From Candidatus Acetothermia bacterium (GTDB lineage: Bacteria > Bipolaricaulota > Bipolaricaulia > Bipolaricaulales > Bipolaricaulaceae): DNA of 64,000 nt. Both the position numbers and the translations under genes were made by a program. Below the pieces are notes generated by a model, which made no database searches, had not been told where the DNA came from, and saw only the letters and a list, made by a program, of their open reading frames with translations. Location: contig PXEP01000172.1 in NCBI GenBank assembly GCA_003566155.1, forward strand, positions 1,408-65,407, in the 5' to 3' direction. The first letter of the stretch is position 1. Every line of letters starts with the position of its first letter. Positions 44,046-53,740 of the stretch are shown in pieces.

Positions 44046-45057
44046 CCTGTCGCCGCAGGAGCTGGAAGAGCTGCTTCGTTCCCGGGGACAACCTGCCTAT
44101 AGGGCACGTCAGATCTGGAAATGGGTGTGGGGTAGCCTGGCGGTCGAATTCCGGGAGATGACGGATCTTCCCCTGGAGCTCAGGGGTAACCTCAACGAGG
44201 CGGTTCAGATCGACCCTGTCGCCGCGAGCGCGGTGCAGATTGACCGCAGCGAGCGCACCGAAAAGGCGCTCCTAACCTTCGACGACGGTGAAGTGGTGGA
44301 AGCAGTGCTAATGCGGGAAGAGGACAGGCGTACGGTGTGCATTTCCACCCAGGTCGGCTGTCCTGTACGTTGTTCCTTCTGCGCTACGGGGCAGTCTGGC
44401 TACGTGCGAAACCTTACCCCGGGGGAGATTGCCGCTCAGGTGCTCTACTTCGCCCGCCGCCTGCGCAAGCGGGGTGAGCGGGTGACCCATGTGGTGGTGA
44501 TGGGGATGGGGGAACCTATGTACAACTACGAGGCGACGTTGAAGGCGGTGCGTAATCTGAATCATCCCCGGGGGTTCGCCCTCGGGGCACGCCGGTTCAC
44601 CATCTCTACGGTGGGAGTCGTCTCTGGAATGCGCAAGCTTGCTGCCGAGGGCATCGAGCTGAACCTGGCTGTTTCGCTGCATGCACCGTCGGACGAACTG
44701 CGGGGGCAGCTGATCCCGGGAGCGAAACGTTGGCCGATCGAAGACATTCTCGCCGCGGGGGACGCGTACGCTGCGGCAAGCGGGCGTCGGGTAAGCTACG
44801 AGTATGTGCTGCTCTCTGGGGTCAACGATTCGGTTGAAGATGCGCGTGCCGTAGGACGACTGCTACGGGGGCGGCTGGCACACGTCAATCTGATCCCGTT
44901 CAACCCTTCGCCAGACCTTGCCTACGAGCGGCCGGCGGCCGCCCAGGTGGATGCGTTCCGTCGTGCCCTGCTTGATCAAGGGGTGGATGTCACGGTCCGC
45001 CGTTCGCGTGGGGTCCGCATCGCCGCAGGTTGCGGTCAATTGCGGGCCGCACACTAG
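44032..45057 (+). CDS. rlmN: 23S rRNA/tRNA adenine-C2 methyltransferase RlmN (radical SAM)
   Basis: Contains ...YRARQIWKWVW...VCISTQVGCPVRCSFCATG...VVMGMGEPMYN...ISTVG...LAVSLHAP...IPFNP. Confidence 0.93.
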   Translation: MYLLDLSPQELEELLRSRGQPAYRARQIWKWVWGSLAVEFREMTDLPLELRGNLNEAVQIDPVAASAVQIDRSERTEKALLTFDDGEVVEAVLMREEDRRTVCISTQVGCPVRCSFCATGQSGYVRNLTPGEIAAQVLYFARRLRKRGERVTHVVVMGMGEPMYNYEATLKAVRNLNHPRGFALGARRFTISTVGVVSGMRKLAAEGIELNLAVSLHAPSDELRGQLIPGAKRWPIEDILAAGDAYAAASGRRVSYEYVLLSGVNDSVEDARAVGRLLRGRLAHVNLIPFNPSPDLAYERPAAAQVDAFRRALLDQGVDVTVRRSRGVRIAAGCGQLRAAH

Positions 45058-45878
45058 AAGCGAACGGTCAGCGTTCCCCGATAGGCTGTGCCGAGGACCT
45101 GATGGGGCTGCACGGCCCAGTCAAATTGAAGGGACGACAGCCGAGCGGACATCCCGAAGGCCACCCCCGCGGGTCCCACGCCTGCCCGGAGCGCCAAGTC
45201 TTGCATCCACAGTTCACCGCCAGCGCGGATGGTGAACGGGTTCTCCCCCAGACCTTCTACGGATGCCGTCAGACGACCGGCGAACGGCCCCCTTAGGGGA
45301 AGCTCGAGCGCGGCGCCCGCAGTGATTCCCCGGGGCCAGGGCGCACTGTAGCCGCCATTGGCAGCCACATTCCGGGACCACAGCGCCTCCGCCAGCAGAC
45401 CGACAGTGACCCGGCCCCGCCAAAGCACCCCCAGGTCGATGGACCAGCCCATCTCCTCGCCAGGGGCCACAGCGCGGACCGCACGGGCTCGTGCTCCGAC
45501 TGAAGCTCCTTCCCACAGCGGGATCCCGACCGACAACGCTCCCCCAACGGACATATAGCGAAGGTTGTCGCCTATAGGACCCGAATCCACCACCGACAAC
45601 ATCCCGCCCAGCCAGGGTCCGCCTGCTCCCACCGCGGTGACCGACACGTCTCCAAACTGTTGGGCATGGGTGGCGGTGAGCCCCCAGCGGGTAAGGCCGG
45701 CCAACCCCGCCGGGTTATACAGTACGGCCCACTCATCGTCGGCTACCGCCAGCATTGCCCCCCCCAGGCCGACGGCGCGTGCGCTGTGGGCGACCTCCAG
45801 GGCCATATCAACGCCATGGTAGGCCTGCACTGATAACGACAGCGCGAACACTGCGGCCAACACAACCAAAGCTCTCAT
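45054..45878 (-). CDS. outer-membrane beta-barrel protein, PorV/PorQ/TraF-like
   Basis: 274 aa. Signal peptide MRALVVLAAVFALSLSVQA, N-terminal SARAVGLGGAMLAVADDEWAVLYNPAGLAGL, alternating strand pattern, and a C-terminal ..GTLTVRF (terminal Phe). Confidence 0.7.
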   Translation of the reverse strand: MRALVVLAAVFALSLSVQAYHGVDMALEVAHSARAVGLGGAMLAVADDEWAVLYNPAGLAGLTRWGLTATHAQQFGDVSVTAVGAGGPWLGGMLSVVDSGPIGDNLRYMSVGGALSVGIPLWEGASVGARARAVRAVAPGEEMGWSIDLGVLWRGRVTVGLLAEALWSRNVAANGGYSAPWPRGITAGAALELPLRGPFAGRLTASVEGLGENPFTIRAGGELWMQDLALRAGVGPAGVAFGMSARLSSLQFDWAVQPHQVLGTAYRGTLTVRF

Positions 45879-48100
45879 CGGTGGATCACCAGTCGCTGGA
45901 TTTCAGAGGCCCCTTGATCGGTGACCAACACCACCAGGTACAATCCGTTTCCCACCATGCGGTTCCAGTCGGTGTGCAGGCCCCACTGGATGTCCCCGTG
46001 CTGTCCGGTGACCTCCCTGGTGAAGATCCGCCGACCGGTTAGGTCATATACGTGGATCCGGCCCCTGTGGGTCCCTTCGGGAAGGTGATAGCGCATCGGG
46101 GCTTCGGTGTTTACCGGGTTCTGCAGCAGTTCTAGTTGTGGCTTCTCCTCGGGTGGTGGGAGCACCTTGTCGGGGAGCAGTTCCACCGCCGCTGCGGCGT
46201 CGAGCTTTCCTGCTCCCCATCTGTTTACGCTGCCTGTGTGCTGGTCCTTTCTGGCGCTTTCCCTGAGCGCCTCGGCGATGTCCTCCCAATCAAGGCTCTC
46301 CTCAACGCTCAGCAAGAGTGCCGCTGCCCCGGCTACATGAGGGGCGGACATGCTTGTCCCAGCCTGCATTCTGTAATCCCCTCCCGGCAGTCTGAGCCAA
46401 CCCGACACATGTCCCTCCACCGGGGAGGACAGCGGTGCGGCGATCCACGCCCCAGGAGCGGTCACGTCCGGCTTGGGCCGCCCGTCCCGCGTCGGACCGC
46501 GGGACGAAAACGGGGCCAGGGCACCCACTGTGTAGTTGTCTTGCGTATGAGGTCCGTCGGCGGACTGCCAGGTGTTCTTGGTCGTATAGGCGCCCACGGC
46601 GATCACTCGATGGGCGGTGGCCGGCTCACTGATGGTGAAAGTGCTGTCTCCTTGTACGAACCTGCCCGCCTGTTCACGGGTTACCCACGCGTCCACCCGT
46701 CCTCCCTGGGCCAGTGGGTCCAACGTGATTGCCCACTGGGAATGCTGGGCGGCGTTGGACAGGGCGAGGTAGATTTCTTTGTCGTTGTTGCGCGGGTCAC
46801 GCCCCAAGGGGTTGTCCAGGTACACATTGCCCGAGGGCGTGTTCAAGCCGACCGTCTGACCCGGCTGGGCCGTTACGGATTCTCCTCCGGGGGCGGATAC
46901 GGTGACGGCGAACGAAGCTTCTCCATCGTGCCATAGCTCGACTTCCACCGTACTTGCCCGCGCCTCCAGGTCCCAGGTGGTCGTGGTGTGTACGCCAGCT
47001 CCCACATGGATCTTCTTGTCGCCTTCATTGCCTGCGGCCACCACCACCGCCCGACCGGGGATGTTCCTCTGCTGGTTGTCCACCAGCAGTTGGGAGATAC
47101 CGCGGTCGAAGAGGGACGTGCCGTCGTGGGGACCGCTATGTGTGCCCAGGGACAAGTTGACCACAGCGGGGAGGCCTCGTTCGCTTGCCACTTGAAAGAC
47201 GAACTCCACTGCATCGACGACCCTGTCCGTGGAAAAGGTCGTCTTCACGATCACCAACTCCGCGTCCGGTGCTACACCGGAAAGCCCTGCTGCTCCCCCT
47301 CCGGCCGCGATGCCGGCTACATGGGTGCCGTGCCCCCCGTGGCCTGGGGTATCGTCCCGGCTGGGGGGGTTCGCCGCGGCAAGGGCCGATTCCAGTTGAC
47401 TTCGTGTGTACACGCGCCCGTAGTTGAACCCATACCCAAAGGCGCTGCCGTCGTAGGACTGGCCTTGGTCCCACAATGCCAACACGCGGGTCCCTTCGGG
47501 TTGCCCGTCTCCGGTTCGGTCGATCCGAAAATCAGGGTGCAGAAGATCGATTCCTGTGTCCACGATGCCCACGATCACTCCCTGCCCGGTCGTCTCTCGG
47601 GGACCGGTCCACGCTTGGTCGGCGCGGATCTCGGCGACGGAAACGTCCAATCGGGGTGCTACCGGACGGGCGGCCTCGACGAACGCGACAACGGGGTGCC
47701 CGGCTAGATCTCGCAGACTCATTACGTCAGCGAGCCCGGTCAACACGGGGCCGTGGCGTCCCTGCACCTGGAAGCCAGGCAGCGGCCCGGCGTACTCGTT
47801 GTGCGTTAGGACCAGCACCCCTACCTGGGCGTCTTCCCAGTCTCCGATGGGCAGCACGCTCAGTTGTGCCGGTGTGATTTCCTCCTGCAGGTGGAGCGGA
47901 GGCAGGCGCACTCCGTCCCAGGCCAGGGCGATTGTCTCCACCAGTTGCTTGGGGGACACCGCGGTCCGGAACTCGGGCGAGGATAGAGCTTGCAATACCG
48001 GGTCCAGCCGTGATGTATGGGATTCGGCCGCGCCCAGACCAACTGTGGCAAGGACGAGGACAAGTACAAGGCCCCACAGGCGGTGTAGCATAGCATGCAT
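45875..48100 (-). CDS. secreted S8 (subtilisin-family) serine protease with T9SS-type / FlgD-Ig-like C-terminal domain
   Basis: 741 aa. Signal peptide ..LVLVLVLATVGLGAA; triad contexts VGIVDTGID, GHGTHVAGI and GTSMSAPHVAG. The last ~86 aa read LELLQNPVNTEAPMRYHLPEG..IHVYDLTGRRIFTREV...NGLYLVVLVTDQG..QRLVIHR. Confidence 0.88.
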   Translation of the reverse strand: MHAMLHRLWGLVLVLVLATVGLGAAESHTSRLDPVLQALSSPEFRTAVSPKQLVETIALAWDGVRLPPLHLQEEITPAQLSVLPIGDWEDAQVGVLVLTHNEYAGPLPGFQVQGRHGPVLTGLADVMSLRDLAGHPVVAFVEAARPVAPRLDVSVAEIRADQAWTGPRETTGQGVIVGIVDTGIDLLHPDFRIDRTGDGQPEGTRVLALWDQGQSYDGSAFGYGFNYGRVYTRSQLESALAAANPPSRDDTPGHGGHGTHVAGIAAGGGAAGLSGVAPDAELVIVKTTFSTDRVVDAVEFVFQVASERGLPAVVNLSLGTHSGPHDGTSLFDRGISQLLVDNQQRNIPGRAVVVAAGNEGDKKIHVGAGVHTTTTWDLEARASTVEVELWHDGEASFAVTVSAPGGESVTAQPGQTVGLNTPSGNVYLDNPLGRDPRNNDKEIYLALSNAAQHSQWAITLDPLAQGGRVDAWVTREQAGRFVQGDSTFTISEPATAHRVIAVGAYTTKNTWQSADGPHTQDNYTVGALAPFSSRGPTRDGRPKPDVTAPGAWIAAPLSSPVEGHVSGWLRLPGGDYRMQAGTSMSAPHVAGAAALLLSVEESLDWEDIAEALRESARKDQHTGSVNRWGAGKLDAAAAVELLPDKVLPPPEEKPQLELLQNPVNTEAPMRYHLPEGTHRGRIHVYDLTGRRIFTREVTGQHGDIQWGLHTDWNRMVGNGLYLVVLVTDQGASEIQRLVIHR

Positions 48101-48136
48101 TTTACTGCCAGTTAGGATCAGGGGGTAGGGGTCATG

Positions 48137-48165
48137 TTTGCGCGTGTCTCAGGCAAGGGTACAAT
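48137..48165 (+). promoter_or_regulatory. candidate sigma70 promoter for ftsH
   Basis: TTTGCG (48137-48142), 17-nt spacer, TACAAT (48160-48165). GGAGAAGAAAAGG precedes the ATG at 48186. Confidence 0.5.
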
Positions 48166-48185
48166 CCTAATTGGAGAAGAAAAGG

Positions 48186-50027
48186 ATGAACGGAAAGCCT
48201 CCTGCTCAGCGAAATCTCCGCACCATTGCCATTATGCTGGTGGTGTTGGTGTTCGGTCTCATACTGGTTCAGCAGTTTTGGACCGGCATGGGTCCGGCGC
48301 CAGAGCAGCTCTCGTATTCCACATTTAGACAAAAGGTTAGCGATGGTGACGTGGAGTACGTGGTGATACGTGGAAGTAGCATCTCGGGGGAGCTCGTGAC
48401 TGGGGTCCAGTTCGAGGCGCAAGGACCGCCTGAGGACTCACCGGTGTGGTCTGAACTGGTGGCTAAGCTTGAGGAGCGGGGTGTGGCCGTGGAGTTCGAG
48501 CCGGCCGGCGAGGGCGCGTGGATGCTTACCGCTTTGATATGGATCCTGCCGGTCGGAATTCTCATTGCCCTGTGGGTGTACATGATGCGCCGAATGCAGC
48601 AGGGGGGCGGAGCGCTTTCCTTTGGTCAATCACGGGCCAAGCTGGCCAACAAGGAGTTCACCAAGGTCAGCTTCAAGGACGTGGCCGGGATCAATGAAGT
48701 CATCGACGAAACGCAGGAGATCGTGGAGTACCTGCGTGACCCCAATCGGTTCGTGCGATTGGGGGCACAGATTCCCAAAGGAGTCCTGCTGGTGGGCCCA
48801 CCCGGAACGGGTAAAACGCTTATCGCCCGGGCCATCGCCGGTGAGGCGAGCGTTCCGTTCTTCACTATCAGTGGCTCGGATTTCGTGGAGATGTTCGTCG
48901 GAGTGGGTGCGGCCCGCGTACGGGACATGTTCCAGAAGGCCAAGGCCAGCGCCCCGTGTATTCTCTTTATCGATGAGATCGATGCCGTAGGACGCAAACG
49001 GGGTGCGGGGCTGGGTGGCGGTCACGACGAGCGCGAGCAGACGCTGAACCAGCTGTTGGGGGAGATGGATGGTTTTGAACACAACACTGGCGTTATCGTG
49101 CTGGCGGCCACCAACCGCCCCGACGTGTTGGATCCGGCGCTGCTAAGACCCGGGAGGTTCGACCGCAAGATCGTGGTGCCCCGCCCGGACATCAACGGGC
49201 GGGAGCAGATCCTGAATATCCACTGCCGCAATAAGAAGCTGGCCGGGAATGTAGACCTGTCGAGGCTGGCCCGGCGAACGCCGGGCTTCGTAGGCGCGGA
49301 CATCGAGAACCTGTGCAATGAGGCAGCTCTGTTGGCTGCCCGAGCGCGCAAGGAGACTATCGAAACGTCCGATTTTGAAGAGGCCCTCGATCGGGTGTTG
49401 ACTGGATTGCGTCGGCGCGGCATGTTCATCACCGAGCGAGAGAAACAACACATCGCATATCACGAGGCGGGACACGCTCTGCTTGGTTGGCTCTTGCCCA
49501 ACACGGATCCGGTGCACAAGATCTCCATCGTACCTCGTGGGGATGGGGTTCTGGGCTTCACGTTGCAGCTTCCGGAAGAAGACAGGTACATCATGGCTCG
49601 CGATGAGCTTGTGGACAGGTTGACCGCCCTGCTCGGGGGCCGGGTGGCCGAGGAGATGGTGTTTGAAACCCGTACCACGGGTGCTCAAGACGATCTGAAA
49701 CAGGCCACGCAGCTGGCCAAGCGGATGGTTGTCGAGTATGGAATGTCCGACGGGCTGGGACCCATGAGCCTCGCCCAGGAGCGAACCAATGTGTTCTTGG
49801 GAGAGGAACTGGTGCGTAGCGATGAACACTCCGAGGAACTCTCAGCCACGGTGGACAAGGAGGTTCGCAAACTGCTGGACCAAAGCTACTCCACGGCCAA
49901 GGAACTCCTCACCCGCCACCGTGCCGGCTTGAACCGCCTGGCGGAGGAACTCAGCCGGCGTGAGACGATCGACGGGAGGGAACTGGACGAGCTACTGAAA
50001 GACTTCTCTCCCGAACCCACTGCATGA
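48186..50027 (+). CDS. ftsH: ATP-dependent zinc metalloprotease FtsH
   Basis: ATG 48186 (MNGKPP..) within ORF 48171..50027. Two TM segments, [17 protein letters not shown], the SRH region, and the zinc site HEAGHA. Confidence 0.97.
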   Translation: MNGKPPAQRNLRTIAIMLVVLVFGLILVQQFWTGMGPAPEQLSYSTFRQKVSDGDVEYVVIRGSSISGELVTGVQFEAQGPPEDSPVWSELVAKLEERGVAVEFEPAGEGAWMLTALIWILPVGILIALWVYMMRRMQQGGGALSFGQSRAKLANKEFTKVSFKDVAGINEVIDETQEIVEYLRDPNRFVRLGAQIPKGVLLVGPPGTGKTLIARAIAGEASVPFFTISGSDFVEMFVGVGAARVRDMFQKAKASAPCILFIDEIDAVGRKRGAGLGGGHDEREQTLNQLLGEMDGFEHNTGVIVLAATNRPDVLDPALLRPGRFDRKIVVPRPDINGREQILNIHCRNKKLAGNVDLSRLARRTPGFVGADIENLCNEAALLAARARKETIETSDFEEALDRVLTGLRRRGMFITEREKQHIAYHEAGHALLGWLLPNTDPVHKISIVPRGDGVLGFTLQLPEEDRYIMARDELVDRLTALLGGRVAEEMVFETRTTGAQDDLKQATQLAKRMVVEYGMSDGLGPMSLAQERTNVFLGEELVRSDEHSEELSATVDKEVRKLLDQSYSTAKELLTRHRAGLNRLAEELSRRETIDGRELDELLKDFSPEPTA

Positions 50028-51187
50028 CGGGCCGGCGACTAGCTCTACTGGGGGCTACGGGCTCGATAGGGGTACAGGCGCTCGATGTTCTGCGCAGACT
50101 CCGAGCTGATGGGTTTCCCCTTTCTGTGACAGCGATGGCGGCGGGAACACGTGTGGAAGCGCTGGCTGAAGCTGCGCGGGAGTTCGATGTGCGGGCGGTG
50201 GGTGTGTCGGGGCCGAATCATGCCGAGGCTTTGGCGAGCCTACTTCCACCCGACATCGAGGTTGTGCATGGGGCCGATGGCCTTAGTGCGCTGGCCGGGA
50301 GGGCTGATGTGGATGTCGTCCTCAACGCTGTGGTGGGGGCGGCGGGGCTGCGCGGTTCGCTGGCCGCACTCGAAGCGGGAAAAACACTGGCCCTGGCCAA
50401 TAAGGAATCGCTGGTCGTGGGCGGGGAGCTGGTGGCCCGAACCGGCGCGGGGGTGGCGGGTATCGTGGCCGTGGACTCGGAGCATGCCGCGCTGCAACAG
50501 TGCGTGCAAGGGACAGACAGGGACCACATAGAGAGGCTTTGGATTACTGCTTCCGGCGGAGCGTTCCGCGAGCACCGCCTCGAGGACCTGGAGCGAGTGA
50601 CTGCCGAGGAAGCGCTCCGACATCCCACGTGGAGCATGGGGCCGCGGATCACGATTGACTCGGCTACCTTGGTCAACAAAGCGTTTGAGGTCATCGAAGC
50701 CCGCCATCTGTTCGACGTGTCGTGGGACAAGATCGGGGTGCTTGTGCATCCGCAATCTGTGATCCACGGGCTGGTCGAGCTGGTGGACGGGACGGTGCTA
50801 GCACAGATGGGTCCGCACGACATGCGTATTCCGATCCGCTATGCGCTCACTTCCCCGGAGCGACTGCCGGATCCTCCGGCGAGGCTGGCGCTGGGGGAAC
50901 GCTCGCTACAGCTCTCTCCATTGCCCTCCGAACGCTATCCAGCGTTCTGGACAGTGGTAGAAGCGGGGAAGAGCGGCGGGACCGCTCCCGCAGTGGCTAA
51001 CGCAGCCGATGAGGTTCTCGTGGACGCCTTCCTAGGTGGCCGGATACGGTTCACGGCCATTGCCCGGGGATTGGAGGAGGTGCTTGGGCGGCACAGAGTG
51101 GGGGCGGGCGACTCACTGGCAAAGCTGGAGGAGGCTGATGCTTGGGGCCGCGAGCAGGCACGCCGTTTCGTGGAGGGCAAGGAATGA
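50024..51187 (+). CDS. dxr: 1-deoxy-D-xylulose 5-phosphate reductoisomerase
   Basis: LALLGATGSIGVQALDV...LANKESLV...DSEH...SGGAFR...HPTWSMGPRITIDSATLVNK. ATGA overlap with ftsH. Confidence 0.95.
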   Translation: MTGRRLALLGATGSIGVQALDVLRRLRADGFPLSVTAMAAGTRVEALAEAAREFDVRAVGVSGPNHAEALASLLPPDIEVVHGADGLSALAGRADVDVVLNAVVGAAGLRGSLAALEAGKTLALANKESLVVGGELVARTGAGVAGIVAVDSEHAALQQCVQGTDRDHIERLWITASGGAFREHRLEDLERVTAEEALRHPTWSMGPRITIDSATLVNKAFEVIEARHLFDVSWDKIGVLVHPQSVIHGLVELVDGTVLAQMGPHDMRIPIRYALTSPERLPDPPARLALGERSLQLSPLPSERYPAFWTVVEAGKSGGTAPAVANAADEVLVDAFLGGRIRFTAIARGLEEVLGRHRVGAGDSLAKLEEADAWGREQARRFVEGKE

Positions 51188-51197
51188 GGTGCATACA

Positions 51198-51659
51198 ATG
51201 AGCGCCATGACGCTCACGAGACGCACAGATTACGGAGTACGAATACTGTACGAGCTGGCATCCGACGCCAATCGGTACACTTCCGCCCGCGAGCTTGCCG
51301 ACCGCCATCAGGTTCCCGAGGCCTTCTTGCGGAAGATCCTGATGGACCTGCGGCAGGCGGGAATCGTAGTGGCTCAGCGTGGGCGTACCGGTGGCTACAG
51401 ATTGGCTGATGATCCCCACAACATCAGCCTGGGCCAAGTGTTGGATGCCCTAAACAGCCAAGTGGTGCGATTGCCCTGCATCTCGGGTACTGAGTGCTCT
51501 CATGACGGGGCCTGTTTGGTGTGGCCGCTGTGGCGCTATCTGGAACAGCGGTTTGCCCGGGAGCTGGACAATATCGATCTGTCGATGGTAGTCGAGCTGG
51601 GACAGCAGCAGGCGGATCAGGGGAAGGGCTCCGCTAGTGGGTCCAATGGTGGGGGGTGA
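51198..51659 (+). CDS. Rrf2-family transcriptional regulator with Cx5Cx5C cluster-binding motif
   Basis: ATG 51198 within ORF 51036..51659. MSAMTLTRRTDYGVRILYELA......SARELADRHQVPEAFLRKILMDLRQAGIVVAQRGRTGGYRLA; then CISGTECSHDGAC. Confidence 0.9.
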   Translation: MSAMTLTRRTDYGVRILYELASDANRYTSARELADRHQVPEAFLRKILMDLRQAGIVVAQRGRTGGYRLADDPHNISLGQVLDALNSQVVRLPCISGTECSHDGACLVWPLWRYLEQRFARELDNIDLSMVVELGQQQADQGKGSASGSNGGG

Positions 51660-51668
51660 GGGGTCGCC

Positions 51669-52262
51669 ATGGGACAGTGCGCGCTTTGCGGACAGCGAAA
51701 GGGTGAACGTTCCTGCCCTGCGTTGGCCGAACAGATCTGTGGGCCATGTTGCGGGAAACACAGACGGAAAACAGTGCAGTGCCTGCCCAGTTGCCCACAT
51801 CTCATGGCCGCCGAACGACAGCAGCGCCAGCGCAGGGCGGAGGAGCTTGCGCAGGCGTGGGGCGAATGGCAAGCGCAGCTGTCGGCCCAGGGACAGGATG
51901 AGCTGTGGCGTTACATCGAAGCTCTAGGGCGGGTCCTTGCCCAGATGCTTCAGCAGGCCGATGCCGATGACGCTCACGCCGAGGCCGCCCTGAGGCACCT
52001 GGGGCAAACACTGTCTCCTATCACCATGGTCGGCGCTGCCCCGCCGTTGGTGGGGCGTATGCTCACCGAGACGCTGTTGCCCGCGGTGGAGGGGGGGAGG
52101 CTTTCCGCCCCCCAGCTGCGGGATGCGACGATGGCGTTGGCCGATTGGTTGGCCGACTACCGACGGGAGGATGAACCCCGACGTTTTGTGCTGGGCCTCT
52201 TGGGGTTGTTGCCCCCGCAAGCGGATGAACAACCTAGGCGGGGGGTCATCGAGCGGCCCTGA
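51669..52262 (+). CDS. hypothetical protein with N-terminal 8-Cys module
   Basis: 197 aa. Cys at residues 4, 7, 16, 24, 27, 28, 38 and 42 (MGQCALCGQRKGERSCPALAEQICGPCCGKHRRKTVQCLPSCPH), then an A/L/Q/E-rich helical region. Starts 9 nt after the Rrf2 gene. Confidence 0.6.
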   Translation: MGQCALCGQRKGERSCPALAEQICGPCCGKHRRKTVQCLPSCPHLMAAERQQRQRRAEELAQAWGEWQAQLSAQGQDELWRYIEALGRVLAQMLQQADADDAHAEAALRHLGQTLSPITMVGAAPPLVGRMLTETLLPAVEGGRLSAPQLRDATMALADWLADYRREDEPRRFVLGLLGLLPPQADEQPRRGVIERP

Positions 52263-53733
52263 ACCACTGGTGGAGCCCCAGCGCCCTTATTCCCAGCGCA
52301 TACACGGCCACACCCAGGGGAACTCCGGCGAACACCTGTACCCAAGGACCGTGCGGGGAGAGGAACCATTTGTCGGCCGCGGCCAGGACAAGCCCCAGCA
52401 TCGCTGCGCTGGTGGCCGCCCCCAACAATGGGGGCCAGGGAATCCACCCCCGGCCGCGACGCAATAGCAACAGTCCCAGGGCCAGGGCATTGACCCACCC
52501 GGCGATGCCTGTGGCCAGGGCCAACCCGAACGTTCCCCACGGCTCAACCCACCAAAGATCCAGCCCAATATTGACTGCTACGGCCAGGGATCCTGTAAGC
52601 ACGGGAATCACTGGACGACCCAGGCCGTAGAACGCTCGCGAGAAGAGATACACAAGCGTGTACGCCCACAGCCCGGACAGGTAGGCGGCCAATGCGGCGT
52701 AGGTGCGTGAGCTATCGAGAGCGGTGAAGGCGCCGTGTTCGAATAGAAGCTGGATGATCGGCCTCCCCAGCACAAGGAGACCGGCCATGGCCGGGAGGAT
52801 GAGCAATGTTCCCAGGCCTAGCCCTTGCCGCAGCGCGTCCCGGAAGGGGCCTTGAAGTCCGCCCGCGGAGTTGCGGGCGAAACGGGGAAGGGCGGCCGTA
52901 GCTACCGACACGGCCACAATGCCGACGGGAAATTGGAACAGGCGCATCGCGTACTGCAGCGTGGATATCGCACCCTCGGCCAGGAACGAGGCGAGGCGGG
53001 TGTCCACCAGAATGTTCACCTCGGCCATAGCAACGCCACCCAGCACCGGCAGCAGTCGCCTGCCCATCTCCTTCAACTCTGGCTGCACCGACGGCCTGGG
53101 CAACGGTCCCACATGATCACGTAGAAAAGGTAGCTGCACGAGAAGCATTCCCCCGGCGCCGGCCAGCAGGCCGAACACCAGCGCCGCGACTGGCGGATGA
53201 ACGAGCGGGGTCAGAAGCAGTGCTCCACCGATCATGGCCACATTTGGCAGGGCGGGGGACAGTGCGGGCACGAAGAACCTCCCGTTTGCGTTGAGGATTC
53301 CCGAGGCCAGCGCTGCCAGCGACACCAAACCTAGTACGGGGAATATCCACCGACCCAACGTGACTGCCAGTTGGAGTTGCTCTGCGGAGAATCCGGCAGC
53401 CAGCAAGGGGATATACCAGCGGGCAGTCCAGGCACCAAGGGCACAGATTGCTGGCAGAATCACCAGAAGAGCGGTGAATGTGTGAGCGGCCACCCTCCGG
53501 GATGCCCCGCGGGTCTGAGCGCGCCCGTATACGGGGAGGAAAGCAGCGGCCAGCCCGCCTTCGCCGAGGAGTCCTCGGAGGAGGTTGGGGACGAAAAAGG
53601 CTGCGAGGAAGGCATCGTAGGCGGCGGAGGCTCCGAACACGTGGGCTATTGCAATGTCCCTGCCCAGCCCGAATACGCGGGATATCCCCGTGCCGAGGGC
53701 CGCGCGGATAGCGTCCCCGGTCAACGGGCGCAC
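52246..53733 (-). CDS. murJ: lipid II flippase MurJ (MviN family)
   Basis: 495 aa, about 14 TM segments. ...SRVFGLGRDIAIAHVFGASAAYDAFLAAFFVPNLLRGLLGEGGLAAAFLPVY. Confidence 0.92.
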   Translation of the reverse strand: MRPLTGDAIRAALGTGISRVFGLGRDIAIAHVFGASAAYDAFLAAFFVPNLLRGLLGEGGLAAAFLPVYGRAQTRGASRRVAAHTFTALLVILPAICALGAWTARWYIPLLAAGFSAEQLQLAVTLGRWIFPVLGLVSLAALASGILNANGRFFVPALSPALPNVAMIGGALLLTPLVHPPVAALVFGLLAGAGGMLLVQLPFLRDHVGPLPRPSVQPELKEMGRRLLPVLGGVAMAEVNILVDTRLASFLAEGAISTLQYAMRLFQFPVGIVAVSVATAALPRFARNSAGGLQGPFRDALRQGLGLGTLLILPAMAGLLVLGRPIIQLLFEHGAFTALDSSRTYAALAAYLSGLWAYTLVYLFSRAFYGLGRPVIPVLTGSLAVAVNIGLDLWWVEPWGTFGLALATGIAGWVNALALGLLLLRRGRGWIPWPPLLGAATSAAMLGLVLAAADKWFLSPHGPWVQVFAGVPLGVAVYALGIRALGLHQWFRAAR

Positions 53734-53740
53734 AGCTTCC

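Noticed and set aside
46136-48128. Several 190-266-aa plus-strand ORFs opposite the S8 protease gene
   Set aside because: The minus-strand protease has signal peptide, triad and CTD motifs. The plus-strand products are R/G/P-rich and motif-free.
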